NCBI GenBank assembly: GCA_043228905.1
Contig: JBHGNT010000021.1
Location: forward strand, 8,308,001 to 8,372,000
Origin: Azolla caroliniana
Lineage: Eukaryota > Plantae > Polypodiophyta
Length of the DNA: 64,000 nt
Direction of reading: 5' to 3'
Shown: positions 1 through 9,623 of the stretch, piece after piece
Numbering within the stretch: the first letter of the stretch is position 1
Layout of the letters: each line of letters begins with the position of its first letter
Notes under the pieces: generated by a model
What the model was told of the DNA's origin: nothing
The model's database searches: none
The model's input: only the letters and a program-made list of their open reading frames with translations
Program-made: the position numbers and the translations under genes

Positions 1-240
1 CCCCCCCCCCCTTTGGCATTGGCAAACAGGGATGAGTATGAAGTCGAGACCATTGTAGACTCACGCAGGAGCCAACGAAAGCTCTAGTATATGGTCTTGT
101 GGAAAGGGTATCCCATCTCTGAGGCCACATGGGAGCCTACAAAAAATTTACTCAATGTCCTATAAGTGTTTCATGATTTTCATCTCCAATATCCTCACAA
201 ACCCGCACCTTCTTGAAGTCGACGCTTAAGGGGAGGATAA
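1..240 (+). mobile_element. 3' end of a degenerate chromoviral Ty3/Gypsy element (chromodomain remnant + PPT)
   Basis: Positions 31-160 translate to DEYEVETIVDSRRSQRKL*YMVLWKGYPISEATWEPTKNL (chromodomain with a stop). Purine tract AAGGGGAGGATAA at ~228-240 is followed by an LTR start TGTCATGA at 241. Confidence 0.8.
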
Positions 241-392
241 TGTCATGAACATCGACCCAAACTTGAACCTAGGTCCTTGTATATATATATATATCCTAGG
301 CAAACTTTAGACTTTAATCTTTGTATAAAGGGTTGCATGTAAGACTGCGTATGTATGACTTGGCATACAAGTATGAGCATACTTCACATGCA

Positions 393-774
393 TCACTTCA
401 TGTATAAAAAGGGTTGATCTCTCTTGTTAACATCAAGGAGATTAACACCAGTCATGGAATAGATATTCTTACTCATGGTCATCAACGTCCCCATCTCCCT
501 ATCTTCCAATTGTTCATCTGTGACATTAGGAGCAGACAAGCTCCACCAATTTTCGTTGCACTCGGCCTTTGGCCAATTAACACTCCAAGCCTTCATCAAA
601 GGCTTCAGGGGGAGGAACTAAAACAAAACCGAGACATGACATGAGTTGATAGTCGAATCAGAAGCCAAAACCGAAAATTGCCGACATGACATGAGTCGAT
701 AGTTGAACCCTCACACTTCAGCTTGCGGGGGCGTGTTGAGATATCAAGCTAAACTAAGTTTGGTAATTTAGTCA
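393..774 (+). mobile_element. Degenerate Ty1/Copia 3' end (RNase H C-terminus, PPT, first ~40 bp of 3' LTR)
   Basis: Around 520-600 it encodes LGADKLHQF..LGL, like the RNase H end of the Copia X elements in this window. PPT-like TTGCGGGGGCG at 723-733 precedes LTR start TGTTGAGATATCAAGC at 734. The LTR is interrupted at 775 by another LTR. Confidence 0.55.
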
Positions 775-1374
775 TGTAAAGAATCTTATATGATTCTCGT
801 GCAATGGAAGAGATGTGTGTTATGTGTATGCGTGAGAGGAAAGGGATGAGAGAAGAGAAAACACAAGATGAATTGGTGAAAGACAAATGAAGTACTCAAG
901 AAGAAGGTGTATATTAACAAGGAGAATAACAAATCCAAAATGTAACATTACAAGGAGTCACAACCGACTCCATATGAACTAGGAGGAGGGGGCTTTATAT
1001 AAGGTCGCCCTCTCTCTTCATTAACTCACTACAACAACCACTCTCTCTTGGGAATGTGAAGACTCATTAGTCACGGGGAATATGAAACTCATTAGTTATG
1101 TGTCATAGAATATGATTCTATGACACATGGTTTATGTGTAGAGAGTAGTGGTGTGACTCTTGACCTTTGAGTGATCATAGATTCTCAAAGCGTGCATTCA
1201 CACGTTGCACTAGGTTGAGTTTGATTCTCAACACGCCCCCTTAAGCTCAACTCAGGTCAGTTTCTTTCGGTTGATGTCTGCTTCGACTGGTATCCGGTTT
1301 GGACGAACTTCAGTGTCTGTTTTGGCTCGTACCCGGTTCAGACGGTATCCAGTTCTCTCTTGTACTCCCCCTTG
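775..1374 (-). mobile_element. Copia Y-related 3' LTR (775-1233) with PPT and short 3' internal remnant
   Basis: The reverse complement runs TGTTGAGAATCAA...GATTCTTTACA and is homologous to the Copia Y LTR (1920ff/19591ff). PPT complement CGCCCCCTT at 1234-1242. Confidence 0.75.
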
Positions 1375-2102
1375 TGAAATGTTACGTGCGAAAGCTATAT
1401 GAAACACAAAATACCAACAGGGAAAACAGGTTTAATTGAGAGCTTAAGACACGATTTACGCGGGAGAGACAAAAAGGGGAATTAACACATAGAAAAACTA
1501 ATTTCGAATAATGTGTAAACTCTGTACATAAGATGTGCTCAGAGAGCACTTTTATACGAGTCCATACGGACTGACAGAAGTATTGACATGTACTTCAATG
1601 CTCATAACTGAGTTCCTACACTAACTCCCAAATATATTCCCTCGTGGAATATCTGTTCAACGGCCTCTTGTTGCGCACCGGTTTATGCACCGGTTTACGG
1701 CCAATGTTGAGCTTGTATCTCAACACTCCCCCTCAAGCTCAACTTGAGGCTCTTCCGGTCCTTCGCTCCAGTTTCTCTTGACTTCACGCCTTGCTCGCGC
1801 TCCTCGACCTGTTCGATTCCGCACACCTCGACCCTTACGGTCAACTTGTCTACTCGTGCGGCCTTTTCTAGTTCCCTTGTTGTCATGGTGTTGGCGCCCC
1901 TTCTGCTGCCCTTTCTTCCTATTGAGAATCAAGCTCAACCGAAGTCTAGTGTGTGAACACACCCTTGAGAGTGTGCACTCAAAGGTCAAAAGTCACCACT
2001 CTTATCTACACATTAACTATGTGTCATAGAATCATATTCTATGACACATAACTAATGAGTTTTCACATTCCCCATGACCCATGAGCTTCGGTAGTTAATG
2101 AA

Positions 2103-2561
2103 TGTTACCCGTTCCTTTGGGTGAACACCTTCGATAGATCTGCGGCTATTGGTATTCAAGGGCGTGGTACGTGAAGGCTCGTAACAGAGGCGTTGAGGGA
2201 GAGACAGTGCTCAGAGAGAAAACACTAATGAGATCTGGACAGGCGTGGGCGGCGCTCAAATCATAGGTATGAATCAAAGCACAAACACATGGAGCAAACT
2301 GGGCACAATTCAGATATATTATTGCGACAAAAGAGATTACAGAACACGGCCTACGGTCGGTGACCTTACAAGATTAGCTAGTTACGAGGGACTCAGCTAG
2401 TGCTTCCGCCTATATTTTTCTTCTCTCCCTCACTCTGAGGTACTGGTCCTCGTTTAAATAACTTTTCCCCCTAATACACAGCCGAGCCGTCGGTGGCCCG
2501 TGATACTCGGACTCAGCGTTTGCTAATTTCCTAATTTTACATTTCTATCCTCTGGACAACA
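2103..2561 (-). repeat. 3' LTR of Gypsy E1
   Basis: Direct repeat of 17143-17601; TG...CA termini; TSD ATGAA. Confidence 0.93.
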
Positions 2562-2563
2562 CC

Positions 2564-2604
2564 TGGCACGCCCGTGGGACAGGACCTTGTCCGTCGGACC
2601 CACG
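2564..2604 (-). other. tRNA-Arg 3'-end-like structured motif at the PPT position of E1
   Basis: The element sense strand reads CGUGGG UCCGAC GGAC AAG GUCC UGU CCCACG GGCGUGCCA, then 2 nt, then the 3' LTR. 34/41 identical to 40773-40813. Confidence 0.8.
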
Positions 2605-4182
2605 ACTTACAAAATACTAACCATATTACAAAAATTGCCTTTTAGGCGTGATCCTCGTTTCATTCCTCTTTTAAGATGTCGAGGATGTTTTCGGGGTCCG
2701 GGGTGGTGGCAGGGTGGTCTGGTTGGACTGTCGGCGCGGGGGGTTGAGTTTGGTCCGGGGGTGTCATATCTTCTCGGGCGTCCGCCTCAGGTGCGGCCAA
2801 TTCTTCTGGTGGGGGTGTGGGTTCGAGGGCGCTGATCTCTACTTCGACTGGATCTGGTACCGTGTGGGCGTCCGTGGGATGTCTGTTGGCCGAGGCAAGT
2901 TCCTCCTGTGCCGTGTCCGTGATCTCCTTGCTGGAAGGTTCTTCCTTCTGCTCTGTGGCCGTTGGAGGGCTGGTTGGGATGGCTGCGAGTTGTTCTCATT
3001 CGAAGGCTTCTACTTCCAAGCGAAACAACATCTGACCGTCATTGAAGTCCTCCATTATTTGCTCAATTGCCGCGGTGTGAGATTTTGCCAAGGACTGGTA
3101 ATCCTCGGTTAAATCTGCACGTAGGTTTTGTATGCTGGCTTCGTCCATTTTGTACAAGCCGCGGCCCTCCTTCCATCGGTTCTCGGCGTCGGCGCGTAAA
3201 ATATGCAATTCGGCAGCTTGGGCTGCCCATTCGTCTCCTACGCGACTTAATGTTTCCTCGACCTTTTTGGTAAGGTGCTGGCGTTGTTTCTCGATCAGTA
3301 TTCTGATGCGTGTCTCATCCATGCCGGGCTATGCTCGGATGGTTGCTAATTCCTGTTTTTAGCCATCGACCTCGGTCTGAAGCTTCTGTGCTCGTAGTTC
3401 ATAGATGGCTTGAGTGTTCTTTGCATCCACGGTTACGAGCTGGATAGCCTGCTCGTAACGCTTGGTGAGTTCTTCGGTGGCTTGCTCCCGTTCTTTTTGA
3501 CACGTGGCCCGGACCTGTTCCCATTTGACGATTCTCTCTTCTTGTAGGGCGAAGTAGGAATCCAATAATTCGTCTTTTTGCTCCGAAAGTAGCTTGCATT
3601 TGATGAAAAACTCGTCAGCCATTTCTTTAAGGGTCATACGCTGACTCTGCAGCTCGGCATTCTCCGCGATCATTCTCTCCTCCTGTTGGCGATTTCTTTC
3701 CTCATGCCGATGGTTCCAGTCTTTCGCATTGTCGAGCGCGGCCTGTAGGTCTAGAACCTCCTTCTCTTTCTTTGCCACTGTGGCTGCGTATTCCTCCAGC
3801 TTGTTTTTGAGTTCAGCTTCTTTGCCCGCGGCTTGCGCTTGTACCCGGCCCAGTGCTTCGTTCTGCTCATGTATCCTTGGTCGGCCTGGGCTCTAATCTC
3901 GGCCATCAGCTTGGAAGCTTCTTCTTTTAGGCGAGCCATCGCCTCTTGATGCCGTTGTTCGTGTCTCTCGGTTCGCCGTTGTTCTTCTTTAAGCTCCCCG
4001 AGGTAATCCCGGAGCGGGGGTTCTGTCTGGGTTGCCACCTCCTTGGGTGCACGAGGGGGTGGTATCTCGGTCTTCTCCATGGGTGTGGCCGCCTCGGTTG
4101 TTGTGCAGGCATCGACCATTTGTAACGAGTCCGTTTGTGTACTGGCTTGCATCGTCAGGATTGAATCTGTGACGGTGCTTTC

Positions 4183-7100
4183 TGTTGTAGACAAAGTCGT
4201 CTGTGCGGAAGATCAAGGAGCATTCGATTGCTGCTGATTACCTGCGTATGACAGTTTCTATGCTTGCACAGAGAGAGAGAGAGAGAGAGAGAGACACAAA
4301 AGAGTTTCTTATTCTCAAAGAGACAATACAACAACCAACCTTACAAAAAGGTTACAAGGTCAATATATATAGTGACCGACTTAGGGCAACTACCCTTTAT
4401 GCTAATTACATAAATGGCCAAAACGGGATAGTGTGAATACGTCCATTATACACATGTATTCGACACTCCCCCGTAATGGGCGTATACATGGGTTATCTAA
4501 GATTACAGGTATAGACTTAGGTTCTCGGACATATCAGCTTTGTTCGAGTCGGCAGGGTCCGAAGGCAGAAGACCGAACTGGTCGGGTCGGGACAGTTGAA
4601 GCCGATCATTAAGGAACTGATGTCGGTTGTCGGGAACCATCCTGCTCTGTGTCCGGGTCTAACCGGACTGGTTTGTCGTTACGCCCATCTGATGCCGAAG
4701 AGACCGAAAACGGTCTGCCGAAAGACACTTGGTCATTCCATCTGCGACATTGTCGGTTGTGGATATTTTCTCTAGACCGATTTTCCCTGAAATGACGCAG
4801 TCCCGAACGAAGTGATATCGAACGTCGATATGTTTGGAGGCGTTGTGGTGAACCGGATTTTTCGACAAGGCAACAGCACCTTGACTGTCGCTGTAGACAA
4901 CTGGAGCCGAGTCATGGTCGACTTGTCGAAACGTGTGCGCCAGCCGACCGAGCCACAAAGCTTCTTTTGCTGCGTCGGACGCAGCTACATATTCTGCTTC
5001 GGTCGTTGAGGTCGCTGTGCACTCCTGAAGTTTCGACTTCCACGAGATTGCTCCATTGCCGAATTTGAAGCAGTATCCGGTTGTTGATTTCCGACTGTCT
5101 ATACAGCCGGCGAAGTCCGAGTCGGTGTAACCGACTACGCCTGAGGTTCGGTTCGGACCGAAAAGAATGCCGTGATCTTTTGTGCCAGCCAGATATCTGA
5201 ACACATGCTTGACTGCGTTCCAATGCGATCGGCCAGGATTGTGCATAAATCTGCTAATGACTCCTACGGCGTGAGAAATATCAGGCCGTGTCGCGACCAT
5301 CAGGTACATAAGGGAGCCGACTGCCGGTGCATACGGTACCGACTTCATATCTTCCCCCTCCGGACCGGATGTCGGGCAGTCTCGCTGAGAGAGCCGAAGA
5401 TTCATGGGGAGCGGGGTTGAAGCAGATTTGGCTGATTGCATGTTGAAGCGTTCCAAGACACGTCCGATATAGTCGGTCTGAGACAAAAAAAGATGTCGTT
5501 TATCGCGATGCCGACTAATTTTCATGCCAAGGATGTGTCGTGCCGGACCGAGGTCCTTCATGGCAAACTTCAACCGCAGTTGCCGAACGAGATCGGCAAG
5601 TTCGCCCGCGTGGCGTCCAGAAATTAGCATGTCGTCCACGTAAATGATGAGGAAGATGGGTGATCCATCTTGAGCTGTGTTGGTGAAAAGACAATGGTCC
5701 TCATCGCTTTTTGAGAAGCCGATCGATTGGATGAAGTCGTCGAACTTCTTGTACCATTGTCGCGGTGCCTGTTTGAGGCCGTATAGACTCTTCCTGAGTC
5801 GGCAGACTAGATGTTCTTGGCCAGTCGCCACGAAGCCTTTTGGCTGCTCCATATAAATTTCCTCCTCGAGATCACCATGGAGGAAGGCTGTTTTGACATC
5901 TAGTTGAATCAGCTCCAAGTTGTCGGCTGCCACGACGCCGAGTAGGAAACGAAGGGTTGTCATTTTCACCACTGGTGAAAAAATCTCGTCGAAGTCGACG
6001 CCATATTCTTGTCGGAAGCCCTTCGCAACTAATCTGGCCTTGTACTTTGGGGTGGTCGAATCAGACGTCTCTTTTAGTCGATAAACCCACTTGCAAGGAA
6101 GAGCACGTCGGTTCCTAGGTAATTCGACCAGATCCCAAGTCTTGTTTGCCCGAATGGAGTGCATTTCCGACTCCATCGCCAGATGCCAGGTGGCGGAATC
6201 GACAGATGTCGATGCTTCTTCGTAAGACGTCGGTTCGCCGGCGTCGGTGAAGAAAATTCCAGGAGAGTACCTCTCCGGAGGTTGCGACAGTCTCTCGGAT
6301 CGTCGAGGTATGATTGGACTGGTCGCATCGGGTATCGAGGTCGGATGGTCCGAAAGCGGATTGTTCTGCTGTGCCGAGTCGGAGTTGTCCGAGTCGGTAG
6401 TGTAAGGTTCAGCTACCCGTGAAGCTGACCGTGTGTTGAGAGAGGGGCCTTCTTGAAGGGTCGGCACATCGGAAAACGTTACCCTTCGGACTTCGATCGG
6501 TTTTTCGACTGATGGATTCATAGCCGACTCGTTGAACACAATGTCCGAACTTCGAACGATTTGCCTGCGTTCGGGGTCCCAGAGTCGGTATCCCATTTCG
6601 CCGTCGGATCCATATCCAAGGAAAATGCATTTCCTGGACCGAGGTGCAAGTTTTCGGCGATCATCTTTCGGAATAAGGGCGTACGCCTCGCATCCGAAGA
6701 TCCTCAGCTTGTCGTAATTCGGCTTACTGCCGATCCATAGTTCCTGAGGAATTTGAAGTCCTAGAGGTCTACTTGGCGACATATTGATTATGTGTACTGC
6801 CGTGAGTAGAGCCTCTGCCCAGAAGCCATCCGACAGTCCGGAGTGTTGGAGCATGGAAACTATCCTTTCTTGGATTGTCCGATTCATTCGTTCTGCAATC
6901 CCGTTTTGCTCCGGACTGTGTGGTGCCGTAAATTCACGTCGGATGCCGCGTTGTCGGCAGAATTTGACGAATTCTTCGGATTTAAATTCTCCCCCATTGT
7001 CTGTCCGAAAGCATTTCAGCTTTCGGTCGGTTTGATTTTCTACCATAGCGAGCCAATCGGTGAAGATCGAGAAGACCCGATCTTTGGTGCGAATTGGATA

Positions 7101-9623
7101 AGCCCACACCTTTCGAGTCGAATCGTCAATAAAAGTGACGAAGTAAGAGGCACCGCCGAGAGACTGATGCGGCATTGGGCCACAGACGTCCGAGTGGACC
7201 AAATCAAGAGGTCTCGTTTCTCTGGGTGCTGATGTCGGGTGTGATGCGGCTGCTTGTTTGCCATACTGGCAGTGCTCGCAGAATTGATGGTCCGAGAAGG
7301 AGAGTTTGGGGATGTATCCGGCTCTAGATAGGTGCGTGATGCCGGCCTTGCTGAGGTGTCCTAATCTTCGGTGCCATAGTGATGACACAGGAATATCCAC
7401 CAAAAACAGGTTACCCTCTCTGAGCGTAACATGTAACGGATACAGGGAGTGTATCTTGGGTCCTCTAGCAAGCAGGAGGTTCCCCCTGTGGAGTGTCCAC
7501 CCTCCCGAAGAAAAACCGGCACGAATGCCGTCTTCATCTAGTTGTCCGACTGAGATCAATGGCCTTGAGAGCTCGGGTACATGTCGGACATTGTGGAGTA
7601 CAAGTGTAGAGCCACCTGCAAGGTTGAGCTCTACTGTGCCGATTCCGATGATGTCACAGTGTTGCGAGTTACCGACTCGAACTGAGTCGGAGTGACGGAT
7701 CGTATATTGCCGAAATTGGGATCGATGAGGAGTCACGTGAAATGACGCGCCCGAATCTAAGAGCCATGTGCTCGATTCTTCAGTCGTGAGCAGAACTTCT
7801 GATCCGACTGGATTTTCGATTGATAGTATATTCGGGTCGTCCGGTAGTACATCAGCTGAGAAGCTGACGTAATTGATCTCCTCATGCCGGCCACTCTTCT
7901 TGTTGTTCTTGTTCTTGAGTGCGCGGCAGTCGGCTTTGATGTGTCCGGGTTTCTTGCAATAGTTGCAGATTCGGTTATCCCGTGACTGGCTCCGTCTTCG
8001 CTGATTGTTCGGCGGCCGTGAGGAATCTCTTCCTCGTATGTTCGATCGGTCTGTCGAACCTTGCACTACGTAAGCGTCGTCTGTTGAGTCTTTGGCGAAA
8101 GACTTTCTCCGAGCTGCTTCGGTCAGGATTGCGCTCGTGACTTCGGAGTATTTAACAGCCGTGGTTGACTCGTTGCACACGGTTGTGACGAAAGTTTCCC
8201 ATGATGAGGGAAGGCTGCTCATGAGTATCATTGCTCTGAGTTCATCCTCGATTGCCGTCCCCTGTGACGAGATTTGGGAGCTTATGCTTTCGTACTCATT
8301 GAGGTGTGCTTGAACCGAATCGGATTCTTTCATCCGCAAGTTGTAGAGGCGCCGGATCAGAAACATCTTCGTTGCGGCGACCTTCTTTTCGTAAGTGTCC
8401 GACAGTGTTTTCCACAGTTCGAATGCTGTCGTACACGATTGCACCGTAAAGTATACCGATTCCGATAGGTGCATCCGAATCGTGGCGCGGACGATTCTGT
8501 CCAGCTTCTGCCACTCAATTGGTTTGTATCCTTCTGGAGGTTCTTCATTTTCGATGGGATCGATTTGCCCCTTGACTATGAGATAGTCCTGCATTTGTTC
8601 CTTCCAGAAGTTGAAGTTCGATCCATCGAACTTTCGGAGACTCATTTCTGACGAGCCGGATGTTGATGCCATCAAATTTGGTGTCGGTTAACGAAGCTCG
8701 GTTCGGAGTTGACTACGAACCTTGTTGGGGTGCAGCCGGTTGGCTCACCCGATATCGTTCTAGTCGGATTTGAACCCGAGTCGGTTCGGCTTCGGAACTT
8801 GCTCGAATTGACTTCGGTAGCTTGAGGGACAGAACCGACTGGTCTTCCCGAATGTTGCCGAATACCGATTATTGAAACCGATTATCTGGACCGATTCTGC
8901 TTCGGGTGGCTGCAACGACGAGAGAGACAGATCCAACTGATCCTCTCGAATGTCGATCAGCCGGATGAAGCACGAATTGGGGTTGTTGTCTTGAGACCGA
9001 TCTGCACCGAGTGGTTACAACGAGCAGCGAGCAGCGTTTAATGACCTTTTCGGATGCCGTTTAACCGAATGGAGCACGATCGTGTCAATGATGCACAAGG
9101 GGATTTCACCTCGAGCGGTTACGATCACAAGGAACAGAGTACAACCTGATGGCTTACTCCAAGCAAGAGGATCTAACGCGATGAGGTGCAAACCTCGTTT
9201 TTGTTCTTCTTCTCTCTTTCTTCGAATGACGCGAATACTGTGCAGGCCGTGATGAAGTGAAGAACCGAATGCTGTGCAGGCGGTGACGACGGCCGACAGC
9301 GGATTGAAGGACCGAATGCTGTGCAAGCTCTGATACCAGATGTTGTAGACAAAGTCGTCTGTGCGGAAGATCAAGGAGCATTCGATTGCTGCTGATTACC
9401 TGCGTATGACAGTTTCTATGCTTGCACAGAGAGAGAGAGAGAGAGAGAGAGACACAAAAGAGTTTCTTATTCTCAAAGAGACAATACAACAACCAACCTT
9501 ACAAAAAGGTTACAAGGTCAATATATATAGTGACCGACTTAGGGCAACTACCCTTTATGCTAATTACATAAATGGCCAAAACGGGATAGTGTGAATACGT
9601 CCATTATACACATGTATTCGACA
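4183..9623 (-). mobile_element. Intact full-length Ty1/Copia retrotransposon (Tnt1-like)
   Basis: 283-bp LTRs at 4183-4465 and 9341-9623 appear identical. TSD CTTTC; PBS TGGTATCAGAGC (9327-9338, tRNA-iMet); PPT complement CTCCCCC at 4466-4472; single uninterrupted polyprotein ORF. Confidence 0.97.
4659..8675 (-). CDS. Copia Gag-Pol polyprotein (Gag, CCHC knuckle, protease, integrase, RT, RNase H), ~1338 aa
   Basis: Motifs in Copia order: CNYCKKPGHIKADC, WLLDSGAS, LWHRRLGH..CEHC, VHSDVCGP/TDNGGEF/NGIAERMN, QLDVKTAFLHG, LYGLKQAPRQW, YVDDML, YTDSDFAG, KHIDVRYHF. First ATG codon at 8672. Confidence 0.97.
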   Translation of the reverse strand: MMASTSGSSEMSLRKFDGSNFNFWKEQMQDYLIVKGQIDPIENEEPPEGYKPIEWQKLDRIVRATIRMHLSESVYFTVQSCTTAFELWKTLSDTYEKKVAATKMFLIRRLYNLRMKESDSVQAHLNEYESISSQISSQGTAIEDELRAMILMSSLPSSWETFVTTVCNESTTAVKYSEVTSAILTEAARRKSFAKDSTDDAYVVQGSTDRSNIRGRDSSRPPNNQRRRSQSRDNRICNYCKKPGHIKADCRALKNKNNKKSGRHEEINYVSFSADVLPDDPNILSIENPVGSEVLLTTEESSTWLLDSGASFHVTPHRSQFRQYTIRHSDSVRVGNSQHCDIIGIGTVELNLAGGSTLVLHNVRHVPELSRPLISVGQLDEDGIRAGFSSGGWTLHRGNLLLARGPKIHSLYPLHVTLREGNLFLVDIPVSSLWHRRLGHLSKAGITHLSRAGYIPKLSFSDHQFCEHCQYGKQAAASHPTSAPRETRPLDLVHSDVCGPMPHQSLGGASYFVTFIDDSTRKVWAYPIRTKDRVFSIFTDWLAMVENQTDRKLKCFRTDNGGEFKSEEFVKFCRQRGIRREFTAPHSPEQNGIAERMNRTIQERIVSMLQHSGLSDGFWAEALLTAVHIINMSPSRPLGLQIPQELWIGSKPNYDKLRIFGCEAYALIPKDDRRKLAPRSRKCIFLGYGSDGEMGYRLWDPERRQIVRSSDIVFNESAMNPSVEKPIEVRRVTFSDVPTLQEGPSLNTRSASRVAEPYTTDSDNSDSAQQNNPLSDHPTSIPDATSPIIPRRSERLSQPPERYSPGIFFTDAGEPTSYEEASTSVDSATWHLAMESEMHSIRANKTWDLVELPRNRRALPCKWVYRLKETSDSTTPKYKARLVAKGFRQEYGVDFDEIFSPVVKMTTLRFLLGVVAADNLELIQLDVKTAFLHGDLEEEIYMEQPKGFVATGQEHLVCRLRKSLYGLKQAPRQWYKKFDDFIQSIGFSKSDEDHCLFTNTAQDGSPIFLIIYVDDMLISGRHAGELADLVRQLRLKFAMKDLGPARHILGMKISRHRDKRHLFLSQTDYIGRVLERFNMQSAKSASTPLPMNLRLSQRDCPTSGPEGEDMKSVPYAPAVGSLMYLMVATRPDISHAVGVISRFMHNPGRSHWNAVKHVFRYLAGTKDHGILFGPNRTSGVVGYTDSDFAGCIDSRKSTTGYCFKFGNGAISWKSKLQECTATSTTEAEYVAASDAAKEALWLGRLAHTFRQVDHDSAPVVYSDSQGAVALSKNPVHHNASKHIDVRYHFVRDCVISGKIGLEKISTTDNVADGMTKCLSADRFRSLRHQMGVTTNQSG

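Noticed and set aside
4203-4436. Identical 77-aa ORFs at 4203 and 9361
   Set aside because: Antisense frames of the two identical LTRs; useful only as evidence of LTR identity.
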